The translations under genes were made by a program, and so were the position numbers. Shown piece by piece: positions 1 through 11,900 of a DNA stretch of 64,000 nucleotides. Every line of letters starts with the position of its first letter. Position 1 is the first letter of the stretch. The DNA is from a virus. The stretch lies in the IMG/VR virus record IMGVR_UViG_3300009703_001822; one strand, given 5' to 3'. The notes under the pieces are model-generated. The model saw only the letters and a list, made by a program, of their open reading frames with translations. It ran no database searches and was not told where the DNA came from.

Positions 1-359
1 TGTTCAAAGAAACTTCTCAAGAACCAATCTTGATCTGTAAGAAATGTAAAGTTAATTTCGTTTCCTAAGAAACCTACTTTTGTGTTTCTAAAGAAAGTCC
101 AAGGACCTACATTATATTCTTTGTTACTTAATATCATACCAGGTATTTGTACTTCTTCACAAAATAGACAAACATCGGTTGTAAGATTTTTAACACCATC
201 GGCATATTGCCAGTTCTTAAGATCTTCATTTGCTGATGGGCCTTCAATTAATTTACCAATATTGAATTCTACTTCAAATCTTTCTGCACGGGCAAAGGTT
301 CTTTGTTTAAGTTCCTCTCTATACCGTTTAAAGGTTCCCCATGATTTTCCTTGAGCCAC
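1..359 (-). CDS. g54: Baseplate tail-tube initiator (gp54-like), runs off the left edge; not in ORF track
   Basis: Manual translation from GTG at 359, abutting the g2 stop: MAQGKSWGTFKRYREELKQRTFARAERFEVEF...LFCEEVQIPG...INFTF; tail-tube (gp19/gp54) family pattern. Confidence 0.7.
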   Translation of the reverse strand, partial: MAQGKSWGTFKRYREELKQRTFARAERFEVEFNIGKLIEGPSANEDLKNWQYADGVKNLTTDVCLFCEEVQIPGMILSNKEYNVGPWTFFRNTKVGFLGNEINFTFLTDQDWFLRSFFE

Positions 360-983
360 TTACTTTCTCCTACTTAATGCCGCTGTATTTACTGACATGC
401 GTCGTTTTCTTTCTGGTTTTTCCATTGTGTTTTGATATACAGTTCTCTCTGTAGCTCCTACAAATTTTTGTACAGGAAGAAATATAGCTGATTTCCAATT
501 TTTAGGATCTACTTCTATCATCTCTCCTGTTATATTAGCTGTTAAATATTTTTTAACAGAACCTCTAACTTCTGGGAACCTTGAGAAGTTTCTTACAGAA
601 GCCCATGTTGATCTTAATGTACTTTTATCTGTAATATTTTGCTGATCTACAGGATATATTTTATCCAATAGATTAGCTCTAAATGTAGGAGCCAGATAAT
701 GTAAATTAATACCACTAAAACCTTGTGGCATAGGTTCTGTAATCACTACAAGAGGAACAGTATCATAATAAGGTAAGTCTGCTTTCCATTTAGGATCGTA
801 AGAAAACATATACATTTTACCTACTTCTAATTGTCTAGCTTTTTTACCAAGATCTGTACTTCGTGCCTCTTGGAATGTATTAACTCCTCTAGCATAATCA
901 CGGACAGCACGAACATACCATTGGACTGATCTGTCCAAGTTATCTCCAGCTGCTTGTCGTATGTCTGCAAAAGGTGTCGCCAT
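360..983 (-). CDS. g2: DNA end protector protein gp2
   Basis: GKMYMFSYDPKWKADLPYYDTVPLV and GINLHYL motifs; next to g4. Confidence 0.9.
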   Translation of the reverse strand: MATPFADIRQAAGDNLDRSVQWYVRAVRDYARGVNTFQEARSTDLGKKARQLEVGKMYMFSYDPKWKADLPYYDTVPLVVITEPMPQGFSGINLHYLAPTFRANLLDKIYPVDQQNITDKSTLRSTWASVRNFSRFPEVRGSVKKYLTANITGEMIEVDPKNWKSAIFLPVQKFVGATERTVYQNTMEKPERKRRMSVNTAALSRRK

Positions 984-988
984 GTAAG

Positions 989-996
989 TATTTATA
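989..996 (-). promoter_or_regulatory. T4-type late promoter TATAAATA for g2
   Basis: tatttata on + strand, 5 nt upstream of the g2 ATG. Confidence 0.75.
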
Positions 997-1443
997 CTAG
1001 ATACCCAATTCTTTTTCAGTAACTATCTTAAATTCCATGCCTTGAGCTTTACAAAAATCCTTTGCATGTTTCCATTTGGCCTCGTTTACTCCGTATTGTG
1101 CTATCTCTTGCAGATGTCTTTTGGTTCTACGCTTCTGAGGTGAGGGAGGTTTAGTAAATCTTTCTGGTTTTACTTCGATTAAATATTTCTTTATCTTATT
1201 TTTTTCTTGTACTTCTATATAGAAATCAACCATATACCTATGTACTTTATTGTCTAAAGGATTACGATAGGGTATTGCAATCTCTTCTGATACCCAACCT
1301 TTTATAGAACTGCTTAGATCACACCAGTTCATAAACTTTAATTCATAACTTGATCTATAGGTTATTGCATTGAAGTCGCCAAGATATTTCATTGGATTAC
1401 GAGGAATAAACTTTCCTTTATATATTTCTTTGGCATAAACCAT
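997..1443 (-). CDS. g4: Head completion nuclease gp4
   Basis: YKGKFIPRNPMKYLGD, YRSSYE, YMVDF, IEVKP (TnsA-like PD-(D/E)xK); start re-called at ATG 1443 (MVYAKE). Confidence 0.9.
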   Translation of the reverse strand: MVYAKEIYKGKFIPRNPMKYLGDFNAITYRSSYELKFMNWCDLSSSIKGWVSEEIAIPYRNPLDNKVHRYMVDFYIEVQEKNKIKKYLIEVKPERFTKPPSPQKRRTKRHLQEIAQYGVNEAKWKHAKDFCKAQGMEFKIVTEKELGI

Positions 1444-1450
1444 ATAAATA
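1443..1450 (+). promoter_or_regulatory. Late promoter TATAAATA for the g48 operon
   Basis: Exact consensus in the divergent g4/g48 junction. Confidence 0.75.
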
Positions 1451-1487
1451 AGAATATAAGTTAAATAACTATTTATTAGGATAATAT

Positions 1488-2630
1488 ATGGCAAGTTCCG
1501 ATAAACATTTAGAAAGAGGAGGTACCTACTTCAAATACCCACAAGAACTAGGGCAAGCACAGTTTCCTCATGCTGTTAAATTTTATGTAAATGCTCGAAA
1601 AACTGTAGCAGTAAACAACGAAATTGCCGCTTTCGAATTTACTGACGAGGAAAGACAAAAATTTAATAATGAAAATAGATCCAGTTCAGAACAATACGAA
1701 ACAGCAGCAATGATTTCTGGAGGTTTGGCTGCAGCTGTAGGTACCTATGCAGCAGCAAAAGGTATTACAGGAGAGGGTGTATCAGGCATGATGAGAACAG
1801 TACAAGTGGGTGCAGGTGCCACTGTTGGTGCAGGAATTGCATCTGCAGTTGCAGATAATATGGAACAAGTAAGATTGAAGAATGCGATATCCTTATTCAT
1901 ACCTCAATCAGTCGTTGCAGGATATACAGCCAATTGGGACGAAGCAGATTTAGGACCTGTAGCAGGTATGTTAGGAACAGGCGGTATTTCTAGTGGCGAT
2001 GCATTAGTGGGTAACGCAGCAGAACTTATAGGTAGAGGATTAGTATCAGGTGCAGCGAATATAGCATCCTCAGTAGGTATAGGAGATATTAACTTTAGTG
2101 GAATGTTTGAAGCTACAAGTAAGAAAGTAGAAAATCCATACAAAGAACAATTATTTAAATCAATGGGATTTAGGCAGTTTTCTTTTCAGTATAACTTTTC
2201 ACCTAAAAACGAAGGTGAAGCAAAAGAGGTTCAAGACATTGTAAAATTGTTTAAAGAAAACATGCACCCTTCTGTAGACGAGTCAGGATTGTTTTTAATT
2301 TATCCTTCAGAATTTTCTATAGAGTTTCAATCATTAGATAGTGCCGGCGAGCTAGTAAGAAATCATAACTTACCTGCAATATCATCTTGTGCATTAAAAA
2401 ATGTTAAGGTTACATATGGTCCTGATGGTATGTTTAACGCATTTAAAAATTCAGGCGGTATGCCAACTGAAACTACTATGGAATTACAATTTGTAGAACT
2501 AGAAACTCTCACAAGAGAAAGAATAAATGAATTGGAACCAACTCAAAAAGAAGTAGAAAAAGAAAAGAAAGAGGAAAAAGAACCTGAAGCACCCGTAGCC
2601 CAGAGGGGACATATAGGAAGGAGTATCTAA
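1488..2630 (+). CDS. g48: Baseplate tail-tube cap gp48
   Basis: NPYKEQLFKSMGFRQFSFQYNFSPKN, FLIYPSEFSI, ELQFVELETLTR. Confidence 0.88.
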   Translation: MASSDKHLERGGTYFKYPQELGQAQFPHAVKFYVNARKTVAVNNEIAAFEFTDEERQKFNNENRSSSEQYETAAMISGGLAAAVGTYAAAKGITGEGVSGMMRTVQVGAGATVGAGIASAVADNMEQVRLKNAISLFIPQSVVAGYTANWDEADLGPVAGMLGTGGISSGDALVGNAAELIGRGLVSGAANIASSVGIGDINFSGMFEATSKKVENPYKEQLFKSMGFRQFSFQYNFSPKNEGEAKEVQDIVKLFKENMHPSVDESGLFLIYPSEFSIEFQSLDSAGELVRNHNLPAISSCALKNVKVTYGPDGMFNAFKNSGGMPTETTMELQFVELETLTRERINELEPTQKEVEKEKKEEKEPEAPVAQRGHIGRSI

Positions 2631-3148
2631 TGTATTTTAAAGCACTGCCTAAAATGAAATATCCAGTTCCAACTTCTGACGGCAAAATTAAAGGTAAGAT
2701 TGTTACTGATATTTTTAGGCGTGTTCAATTAGATAGATTTTTTACTAATAGACAAACATTAGTAGATATTATTCTTGACGATAACGACACACCAGAAAGT
2801 GTAGCATATAACTATTATGGCTCTACACAATATCATTGGTTAGTATTGTTGTCTAATAGTATTGTAGATGTGGATAGAGAATGGCCGTTGTCTTATAACC
2901 AACTTAATGATTATATAGCAGATAAGTATGGAGCAAATAATTCTCAAGATGTACATCATTATGTAGACGCTACAAGAGAAGATATAATTGTAGATTGGGA
3001 CGCAGGAAAATTAGCTGCTGGAGAAATAAAAGAAGTTACAAACTTTACATACGAAAACGATAAAAACGATAACAAAAGACAAATATTTTTATTAGATAAA
3101 AGATTCCTTAAGGACATAGTTACACAGTATAAAAAATTGGTGAAGTAA
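2630..3148 (+). CDS. g53: Baseplate wedge gp53 (LysM-like)
   Basis: MYFKALPK, DTPESVAYNYYG, WLVLLSN, EWPLS; follows g48. Confidence 0.88.
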   Translation: MYFKALPKMKYPVPTSDGKIKGKIVTDIFRRVQLDRFFTNRQTLVDIILDDNDTPESVAYNYYGSTQYHWLVLLSNSIVDVDREWPLSYNQLNDYIADKYGANNSQDVHHYVDATREDIIVDWDAGKLAAGEIKEVTNFTYENDKNDNKRQIFLLDKRFLKDIVTQYKKLVK

Positions 3149-3152
3149 TATC

Positions 3153-4535
3153 ATGGCGGAAACAACCGACGAACAATTAAATAAACCCGGTGATGTAAGA
3201 GTAGATGAGTTATTCATCACATTATCTAATGGTGAAAATTATGATCTATTACCCTTCTTTGTAGAATTAAATTTATATGAAGATGTGTGGAATGTTTTCC
3301 TTTCAGGAAATGTTATTTTAAAAGACGCTATTAATTTAATTGGTACAGGACCTATTGCAGGTGGAGAAGGTATTACAATGAAATTAAGAACACCTACTTA
3401 TGATGATATACCTGAAAATGTAATAGACAAAACATTTCAAATATATGCTATAAAAGATAGAGTTTTAAATAACGATAGAGAGCAAATTTATATACTACAT
3501 TTTATTTCTATAGAAGGAATGAATGATCAAGGTGTAGTATTGTCCCAAAGATTCCAAGGTAATACAGGTGAAATAGCAGAAAAAATATATGCAGATTATG
3601 TAGTAGAATCTAGAAGACCCTTAGAAGGTACAGAACCTACAAAGATGCTTATAGGAGATTTACCACACGCTTCTAAAGTAAATTTTCTAGCAAACTTATG
3701 GACACCAATACAAACATTACAATTTTTATCTAAGTATTGTAAGGGCAACAAACACATAGGAGCTGATTTCATATTTTTTGAAAGTAATAAACAGTTTTAT
3801 TATACATCAATACAAAATTTAATATCAGCACAAAGGGATTTAATATTTGACGAATATATTTATACGCCTCCAGGCATGGATTTGCCTCACAGAGATGGTG
3901 GAGAAACTTATACAGGAGTTAAATTACCTAAGACATTCGTTACTATAAGTTCTATACAAGTACCTAGAACAATTGATATTATAAATGGACAAGATAGTGG
4001 GTATTATTCTCAAACTGTAAGAGCATATGATTTGTTTACAAAAGAAAGAGTAGAACAGAAGTTAGATGTAAGAGAAGACTTTGATAAGTTTGCTCACACA
4101 GATCCTGGAATACCTATACCAGAAGGCATACAAAGAAATCCTTTTGCAATGACTACAATAAAAGTTTTAAATAGTGTAAACAATATGACACAATCATTTA
4201 ACTTGCCAGGCTCATCATCAGGTAATTCAGATAATGAAAATATAATTGGTGCAAGTTTATATAGAGACAATTATTTTAATTCTTTCAAGGACTATACATT
4301 TGAAATAGAAGCTCCTGGAAGAACAGATATAGAAGTAGGAAGACTAATTAATTTACAATACCCTTCTCCTATAACTAAAACAGAAGATGTAAATCCAGAC
4401 GATTTGTTTGATAAACAATTATCTGGTAAATATTTAATAACAGCAATAAGACATAAAATAGATACTGTTGCACATATAATGAAAATGGAAATAGTTAAAA
4501 ATGGATTACCAGAATCCATGGGGGAGCCTGAATAA
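3153..4535 (+). CDS. Baseplate hub protein (gp27-like)
   Basis: Between g53 and g5; C-terminal PGRTDIEVGRLINL...SGKYLITAIRHKI typical of hub proteins. Confidence 0.65.
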   Translation: MAETTDEQLNKPGDVRVDELFITLSNGENYDLLPFFVELNLYEDVWNVFLSGNVILKDAINLIGTGPIAGGEGITMKLRTPTYDDIPENVIDKTFQIYAIKDRVLNNDREQIYILHFISIEGMNDQGVVLSQRFQGNTGEIAEKIYADYVVESRRPLEGTEPTKMLIGDLPHASKVNFLANLWTPIQTLQFLSKYCKGNKHIGADFIFFESNKQFYYTSIQNLISAQRDLIFDEYIYTPPGMDLPHRDGGETYTGVKLPKTFVTISSIQVPRTIDIINGQDSGYYSQTVRAYDLFTKERVEQKLDVREDFDKFAHTDPGIPIPEGIQRNPFAMTTIKVLNSVNNMTQSFNLPGSSSGNSDNENIIGASLYRDNYFNSFKDYTFEIEAPGRTDIEVGRLINLQYPSPITKTEDVNPDDLFDKQLSGKYLITAIRHKIDTVAHIMKMEIVKNGLPESMGEPE

Positions 4536-6061
4536 TGAGTAGTTTAAAAAACTTTGGAAAATTAAATATACCAGATTGGATTTGGTGGATAGGTATTATT
4601 GAATCCAGAGCTGATGTAACACAGACAGGAAGATATAGAGTTAGAATAATGGGGTATCATACTGCTGATACTGAAGAATTACCTACAAAAGATTTACCTT
4701 TTGCCACCGTTGTTAATAGTGTTACAAATGCAAGCACATCAGGCATTATGGAAAATCCTAATCTATTACCTGGCTCAACAGTAGTAGGATTTTTTGCAGA
4801 TGGAGAAGAAGGACAATTTCCTATTATACTAGGTTCTTTTGCAGGACTGCCTCAGAAAAAGAATGAAGATCTTACAATAGAAGATGGATTCAACGATCCA
4901 AATAAAAAATATCCTAGAGGAGGCTTTGATGAAGACGCTCCTGAAGGATTTGCAGGTGTAGGTGAACCAGACATTTCTAGACTTGCAAGAGGAGAGAAGG
5001 CAGAAGAACATTACAGTCTAGTTACTAAAAGAGCAGAAAGAGAAAAAGATATAAGAACAGCTTCTGCACCTACAGTAGAAGCAGACGGTGTATTAGATGA
5101 TATATCAAATAAAGACTATGAAGGTAAAACATGGGAAGAGCCATATGCAAGAGGACAAGGACCATATGATACTTTTGAAATGTCTGAATTCAAACCTAAG
5201 TATTGGGACTCACTTAAAGATTTAAAAGAAGGTGGAGATGGTGTCCCTAAAGAACCTGGAACATATACATCTATGTATCCTTTTAATCTTGTTAGAGAAA
5301 CAGAAGCAGGGTTTACACAAGAAATAGACAATACAACAGGAAATGAAAGATATGCTTGGTATCATCCTGTAGGAAACTTTGAAGAAGTACAAGCAGACGG
5401 AACAAGAATTAATAAAATTAAAGGATCGGATTATGAGATTACAGTTAAAGACAAAAATGTTCTTATCAGAGGTTCTTGTAATGTAACTATTGCAGGTGAT
5501 GCTAAATTATTAGTACATGGAGACAAATACGAAGAAGTAGAAGGCAATTACTTTTTAAAAGTACATGGAGACAGAGTAACTAAAATACAAGGCAACGATG
5601 CCAAGGTAGTTAATTCAGATCAAAACTACAGCATAGGAGGTAATAGATCTGTTCGTGTAGCATTAGACGACTCTGCTACAATAGTAGGAAAACAAACACA
5701 AACAGTTGCAAAAACAAAAACAGAATCAGTAGCTGGAAAAGTTTCAGAGGATTTTGGAGATGGGCAATTAACAAAAGTAACAGGCAATATAATACAAAGA
5801 ACATCTAACGCATTCCAACAAATGGCAGGTGGTATTATGTCTATATTGTCTGGTTCAGATATGACATTAAAAACAGCTACCAAGATGACAGTAGAAGCAC
5901 AAACAGAAATGACAATAGATGCTCCTACAATGTCTATAGATGGACCGGCTGGAAACATTACTTCTAATGATGTAACATTACATACGCATACACATGCACA
6001 AGGTAATGATACAAGAGGTGATGGACAATCGGAAACAAACGCACCAACAGGAGGATCATAA
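4535..6061 (+). CDS. g5: Baseplate central spike gp5 (no recognisable lysozyme domain)
   Basis: N-terminal OB fold (GRYRVRIMGYH, VVGFFADG), YPFN..ETEAG..EIDNT.GNER, beta-helix repeats, C-terminal HTHTH. Confidence 0.88.
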   Translation: MSSLKNFGKLNIPDWIWWIGIIESRADVTQTGRYRVRIMGYHTADTEELPTKDLPFATVVNSVTNASTSGIMENPNLLPGSTVVGFFADGEEGQFPIILGSFAGLPQKKNEDLTIEDGFNDPNKKYPRGGFDEDAPEGFAGVGEPDISRLARGEKAEEHYSLVTKRAEREKDIRTASAPTVEADGVLDDISNKDYEGKTWEEPYARGQGPYDTFEMSEFKPKYWDSLKDLKEGGDGVPKEPGTYTSMYPFNLVRETEAGFTQEIDNTTGNERYAWYHPVGNFEEVQADGTRINKIKGSDYEITVKDKNVLIRGSCNVTIAGDAKLLVHGDKYEEVEGNYFLKVHGDRVTKIQGNDAKVVNSDQNYSIGGNRSVRVALDDSATIVGKQTQTVAKTKTESVAGKVSEDFGDGQLTKVTGNIIQRTSNAFQQMAGGIMSILSGSDMTLKTATKMTVEAQTEMTIDAPTMSIDGPAGNITSNDVTLHTHTHAQGNDTRGDGQSETNAPTGGS

Positions 6062-6062
6062 T

Positions 6063-6665
6063 ATGAGTTGCGGACCGTCAAAAGAATTATTAGCAGTTGC
6101 AGATCAAATAGATGCGTTGAACGCACAATTAGACGCAGCTATAATGGATATACCTGGCATGGGTGAACTTGCAGGATTAAAAGGCAAAGTAGAAGGAGAG
6201 GCACAAAAATTAAAAGATAAGTTAAGCGCTGCTTTACCGTCTATTAGTTTCCCTAATGTACCTTTTGGCCAACAGTCATTACAAGATCAAATAAAATCTG
6301 TAGCCGGTTTAATTGCATTAGGTATAGCGGGTAAAGATCAATTAGAGAATCAAATAGATTTTCTAAAAGCAAAATACAGTGGTATGGATGTTGATATTGA
6401 TAATATTGCAGACTTGTTACGACAAGGAGCAATGGATTTAGACTCTATTTGTAAAATGGTTCCTAATATACAAACACAAGGAATAGATCTTACAGTAAAA
6501 GGAATACCTACATCTTTTCCTGATATAGATCCTGTAGCTATTATTAGAGGCAACCCTGTACCAGAGATGCCTTCAATAGATAATGTTTACATAGATAAGA
6601 ATGTAAGATCAAAAGAACAAGCAGAGGAATTTTTAAATATTGAACTGCCTAACTTTGACTTTTAA
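6063..6665 (+). CDS. Hypothetical protein, probably baseplate-associated
   Basis: Start re-called at ATG 6063 (MSCGPSKE) after AGGAGG; lies between g5 and g25. Confidence 0.6.
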   Translation: MSCGPSKELLAVADQIDALNAQLDAAIMDIPGMGELAGLKGKVEGEAQKLKDKLSAALPSISFPNVPFGQQSLQDQIKSVAGLIALGIAGKDQLENQIDFLKAKYSGMDVDIDNIADLLRQGAMDLDSICKMVPNIQTQGIDLTVKGIPTSFPDIDPVAIIRGNPVPEMPSIDNVYIDKNVRSKEQAEEFLNIELPNFDF

Positions 6666-6666
6666 G

Positions 6667-6674
6667 TATAAATA
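6667..6674 (+). promoter_or_regulatory. Late promoter TATAAATA for g25
   Basis: Exact consensus 5 nt before ATG 6680. Confidence 0.75.
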
Positions 6675-6679
6675 CTAAT

Positions 6680-7084
6680 ATGGCTATACTTAAACAAAAA
6701 AGAGCAAGAATTTATAAAGACTTTGATCTCTCGTTTGGTAAAAATTCTTTATCGGGAGATATTAATAAAAAACTTGATGTAAATGCCGTGAAACAGGCAA
6801 TGATTAATTTAGTCATGACTCAACCTTTTGAAAGGCCTTTTAATCCTTTACTAGGATCTGAGATAAATAATTTGTTATTTGAACATATGGATACTTTTAC
6901 TAGCGATGCTATACAAAAGAATTTATTATATTTGTTTAGAAATTATGAACCCAGATGTAGGATAACGGATCTAAGAGTAAAACCTTATTATGAATTAAAT
7001 GAATATGTAGTATCAATAGATTTTCATATTACAGGTATAAATGAACCACAAGAATTAGAAGTAAGACTAGAGAGGCTAAGGTAA
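6680..7084 (+). CDS. g25: Baseplate wedge gp25
   Basis: YKDFDLSF, AVKQAMINLVMT, ERPFNPLLGS, YEPR. Confidence 0.92.
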   Translation: MAILKQKRARIYKDFDLSFGKNSLSGDINKKLDVNAVKQAMINLVMTQPFERPFNPLLGSEINNLLFEHMDTFTSDAIQKNLLYLFRNYEPRCRITDLRVKPYYELNEYVVSIDFHITGINEPQELEVRLERLR

Positions 7085-8988
7085 TGGCGCAATTAAATAC
7101 AACAGAATTAGACTTTGAGAATATAAAAATAAATTTAAAAAATTTCTTAAAGTCACAGACAGAATTTTCAGATTACAATTTTGAAGGTTCTGGTATGGCA
7201 GTAATGATAGATTTATTGGCATACAATACACACTATCAAGGTATGTTAGCACACATGTTAGCTAACGAAAATTTTATAGATACAGCAGTTAAAAGAGAGT
7301 CTGTAGTATCTATTGCAAAAGCATTAGGTTATACACCGAGATCTTATTTAGGAGCCAGCGCAACAGTATCAATAACAGTTACACCTCCTGGTTCATTTAC
7401 AGGAACGAATCTTACATTATCCAGAAATGCAATTTTTACAAGTTCAGTCAACGGTACAACATATAAATTTTATCCTTTAGAGGATGTTACAACAGCTGCT
7501 ATAATAGATGAGGGTGTAAAGAAATTTGTTTTTACTGATCTAATTTTAAAAGAAGGATTAAGAACTGCAAATTCTTTTACAGTACAAGCAGCAAATCCTC
7601 AAGGCCCTTATATTATTCCTAATGAGAGTATAGACGCTACTACAATAAGAGCGAGAGTACAAACATCTTTATCTGATACATCTTTAACTACATGGAATAA
7701 ATCTACAACATTATTAGATGTTAAAAACGATTCTAGAGTATATTGGTGTGAAGAAGGTATAGATGGTTTAACACAATTAAGATTTGGAGATGGTGTACTA
7801 GGACAAAAATTATCTGTAGACAATGTTTTAATTGTAGACTATATTGCAAGTTCAGGTAAAACAGCAAACACTGCTAAAACATTCTCAGCAACATCTACAA
7901 TATCAGCAAGTGGAGAAACAGTTTCAGTTACCACGACAAGTCCTTCATCAGGCGGTAATATACAAGAATCAGTAGATGAGATTAGATTTAATGCACCTCG
8001 TTACAACGCTACAAGAGATAGAGCAGTAACTGAAACAGATTATAAGACACTAATATTACAAAGCAATGCTAATATACAATCTGTTGCAGTGTGGGGAGGA
8101 GAGAAAAACGATCCTCCTATGTATGGAAAAGTTTTTATATCTCTAAATCCTGTACCAGGACAGGTTATCACAGAACAAGATAAAGATAATATTAAGAACA
8201 GTATTATTGATCCTAAAACACCTGTAGCAATTATGCCAGAGTTTGTTGATCCTGAATACACATACATACAGTTAGAAATTGATACTACATATGATCCTAA
8301 AATTACATCACTGGCAAAAGGACAAGTAGAGGCAGCTGTATTACAACAAGTAGATGCGTATTTTTCAAATCAATTAAACAAATTAAATAAAAGTTTCTAT
8401 TATAGTAGACTACATGATTTGATTAACAAACAAACACAATCAATTATATCTACTAATATAAGATTAGGACTACAAAAAAGACAAAAACCTGAATTTAATA
8501 CTACACATAATTATACGGTTAGTTTTAATCAAAAATTACAACCCAGAGAATTAGGAAGCACATATTTTGATATAGAAATATCAGGTGTTACACATAAAGC
8601 CATATTATCAGACACACCGGCATCTACAGTAGTTGCTCCTTCATATAGTGGAACAGGTACAGTTAATGCAATTGGAACAGACGGACAAAACTTAGGTGCA
8701 GTAGGCACAATAGATTACGATTCCGGAAAAGTAGATTTACCTTCCATGACACTTAAAAAATTATATGGAACAGAAACAAATTTAAGAATTAATGTTACAC
8801 CACATGATAGTATTAAAGACATTACTACACAAGCTCTTATTAGAACTTCCGATACTAGCACAGCAGCAATCGTTGCTAAACCTTCTAGAAATACAGTTCT
8901 ATTATTAGATGATAGTGTTTTGAATGCTACAATTAATACACTATCAGGTGTAAGAATAACAGCAACTAAAGAAGTAGAAGAAGTTTAA
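7084..8988 (+). CDS. g6: Baseplate wedge gp6
   Basis: [45 protein letters not shown]. Confidence 0.93.
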   Translation: MAQLNTTELDFENIKINLKNFLKSQTEFSDYNFEGSGMAVMIDLLAYNTHYQGMLAHMLANENFIDTAVKRESVVSIAKALGYTPRSYLGASATVSITVTPPGSFTGTNLTLSRNAIFTSSVNGTTYKFYPLEDVTTAAIIDEGVKKFVFTDLILKEGLRTANSFTVQAANPQGPYIIPNESIDATTIRARVQTSLSDTSLTTWNKSTTLLDVKNDSRVYWCEEGIDGLTQLRFGDGVLGQKLSVDNVLIVDYIASSGKTANTAKTFSATSTISASGETVSVTTTSPSSGGNIQESVDEIRFNAPRYNATRDRAVTETDYKTLILQSNANIQSVAVWGGEKNDPPMYGKVFISLNPVPGQVITEQDKDNIKNSIIDPKTPVAIMPEFVDPEYTYIQLEIDTTYDPKITSLAKGQVEAAVLQQVDAYFSNQLNKLNKSFYYSRLHDLINKQTQSIISTNIRLGLQKRQKPEFNTTHNYTVSFNQKLQPRELGSTYFDIEISGVTHKAILSDTPASTVVAPSYSGTGTVNAIGTDGQNLGAVGTIDYDSGKVDLPSMTLKKLYGTETNLRINVTPHDSIKDITTQALIRTSDTSTAAIVAKPSRNTVLLLDDSVLNATINTLSGVRITATKEVEEV

Positions 8989-11900
8989 TGGCGGATTATA
9001 TCCCATCATTTTATAGATATGTAAAATCTATAACAGTAACTAATGGAGGCACAGGATACTTTTCTGGAACGCCTACCATTGAAATTACTGGCGGTGGAGG
9101 TACAGGAGCAACAGCTACAGCAACAGTATCTAGTGGAGCAGTTACAAGTTTTACTATTACAAACAAGGGTACAGGTTATACATCGGTACCTACAGTTACA
9201 ATAACAGGTGGTGGCGGATCAGGCGCTGTTGGTACAGCAGTTTTAGATTCAGCACAGGACAATGCGTCTTTAGAAATAAGAAATAGAAGTTATTTAGTTA
9301 AAGAACAAATACCCGAACACATAAGAGATAGTTACCCTGTCTTTGTAACATTCCTAGAAAAGTATTATGCTTTTATGGATACAAATTACAAAGATCCAAC
9401 AAACTATACTTCTGATATAGATTATACAAATACACAATTCTTAGATAAATGGAGAGGAGCATTAGTATCAGACTTCCCTTCATTACTATCAGTTGATAAA
9501 GCTTTTTTCTACAAAAGAGCAAAAGACTTTTATGAATCTAAGGGTAGTAGACGATCTATAGAAGCGTGGTTTAGAATAATATATGATGAGAATGTAGATG
9601 TAACTTATCCTTATCAGTATGTTTTAAAACCTTCTGATGGTATCTACAATGTAGAAAAAACAATTAAAATACAAGAAGCAGAACATGGCGGAGGTAGTTT
9701 AGAGCCTTTAAATTTAGAAGGTAAAAAGATTGATATACGATATTCTGAAACTACAGGTACGGTTACAGTAACAAAACATACAAACGCTAATGTTAAAAGA
9801 GTAGAAAAGAATACATATCAAACAAATGGTTTGACATTACAAAGATTTGAATTAGTATTAGACTTTGATGATGCTAATGTTACAACTATTAATGGACCAG
9901 GTGCTGGAGCCGTTGTAACAGCCACAGTATCCGGCGGAGCAATTACAGACTTCACAGTAACAGATGGTGGTTCAGGATATATTGCAGCACCAATAGTACA
10001 AATATTTCCTAATGCAAGCGATACAATTACAACAACTGCAACGGCACATGCTCTAGTAGAGAATGGAGTAATAAAAGATGTTGTAGTAGATAACGGAGGA
10101 GCAGGATATAACAATGCGCCTGGAATAGAGTTTGATACAGATACAATTAGATCTTATGTTGTAGATGATGGTGCAGGTAACGCAGACGAAGATATATATG
10201 GTTATCTTGTTAGAGTATTAACAAGTGTAGGATTTAAATCTTATAGTGGTTCAGAGGCAGACGCAGGATTTAAGATAGGACAAATTTATGCTATTAATGA
10301 AACTGGCGATGACGGTAAAGCGTATGCTGTAACAGGTTATTTTGCTGATGACTATACATTTATAGGTGGACAAAACGATGCCTTTATAAGAATAACAGCA
10401 GTAACAAGTGCGGGGCTACCTTCGGCGTTCACAGTAATTAATCCAGGATCTACATTCTTAAATGACACAGCAGATATTCAAATAACTTCTCCTAAGGGAG
10501 AAACATGTACAATTACATTAACAACAGGTTATCTATTCGAGTATGAAGGTAAATGGAAAAACGATCAAGGTAAATTGTCTGATGTTAATGTAATTGCAGA
10601 TAACAAAAGATATCAACCATTCTCTTATGTAATTAAATCAGGCATATCACAAACCAATTGGGATAGAGGTTTGAGAGATACAGTACACCCTGCAGGTATG
10701 GAGGTGTTCGGAGATTTAATTATAAGAAGTGTGGTAGACTTTAATGTACTATACGAAGTCGAATCTACAGGATATACATTCTACATATTTGATGCAGATG
10801 ATATTGTTACAACTGTTGAAACAGGTCCATTGTTTGACTTTACTAAACTTCTTACAGAGGCACCTAGTGCAACAGAGGCACATGCAATAGCATTTACACC
10901 AGGAGGTAAGACAGATACAGCACTTGCTACAGACCAAGGATCTAATCCTTATGTTGTAAGTGGATATTGGAATGATGATAGTGATGGTGTATCATCAGAT
11001 AACTATAATATTGGAGATGAGCAATTTGTTAAAGCAATCTCCAAACCATTCACAGAAGTATTATCAGTAAATGATACAATAACAGAAAGTGATATAGATA
11101 TATCCTTCTTTAGAACATTTACTGAAACAAGAAATGCTACGGAGTCAATGGCAAAAGCATTTACTAAAGTGTTTGATGATGGTTTTGTAAACAATTATTG
11201 GACACCGGCAAATGGAACAAGCGCATATACAAATGACTTAGCAGATAATGGTGATTATCAGTATTATGTTGCAACAAGTTTAGGAGCAGTATCAGTATCA
11301 GACTCTGTTAATGTATTAAGAATATTAGGAGTTCAACCTACTGATACAGTTAGCGTAACTGAAGTTGCACAAATCGTGGCACAATTTAACATATCACCAA
11401 GTGATACAGGTACTGCACAAGAAAGTATAGCAGTTACATTTATTACATCATTTAGCGAAACGGGTACGGCTAGTGATGCCCAAGCGAAAACAATTGGTAA
11501 AGTATTAGCACATTCAACTTCTAATACTGATTCAGAAGTTTTAGCTCTTTCATTAGCAAAAACAGAAACAGTAACAACAAGCGATACAGATACATATTCT
11601 CTCAGCAAGTTTGCTACAGATACGACTTCAGGAGTTTCCGAAAGTCTATCAAGGACACTTACATGGCAGAGAACATTTACAGAATCGCCTAGTGCTACTG
11701 GACTTCCGATAAAAGCTCTATCCAAGCCTTTCTCGGATTCAGCAAGTGCTGGAGATAACTTGAGTTCTCAACTTACTAGGCAGGTAACAGCGTCAGATAC
11801 TTTGAGCAACATTACAAGTACTCAAGTACTACAAATTAATAAAGCAGTTTCGGAAACAATATCTACATCCGAGGCTATAAACAGTATAAATACAAGTAAA

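Noticed and set aside
82-354. 90-aa plus-strand ORF
   Set aside because: Antisense shadow of the gp54-like gene on the minus strand
5994-6062. Upstream extensions of ORF-track starts (also 1444-1494, 27543-27599, 45929-45955, 53672-53725, 57224-57313)
   Set aside because: They overlap neighbouring genes; downstream starts fit SD sites, stop-start coupling and family N-termini better
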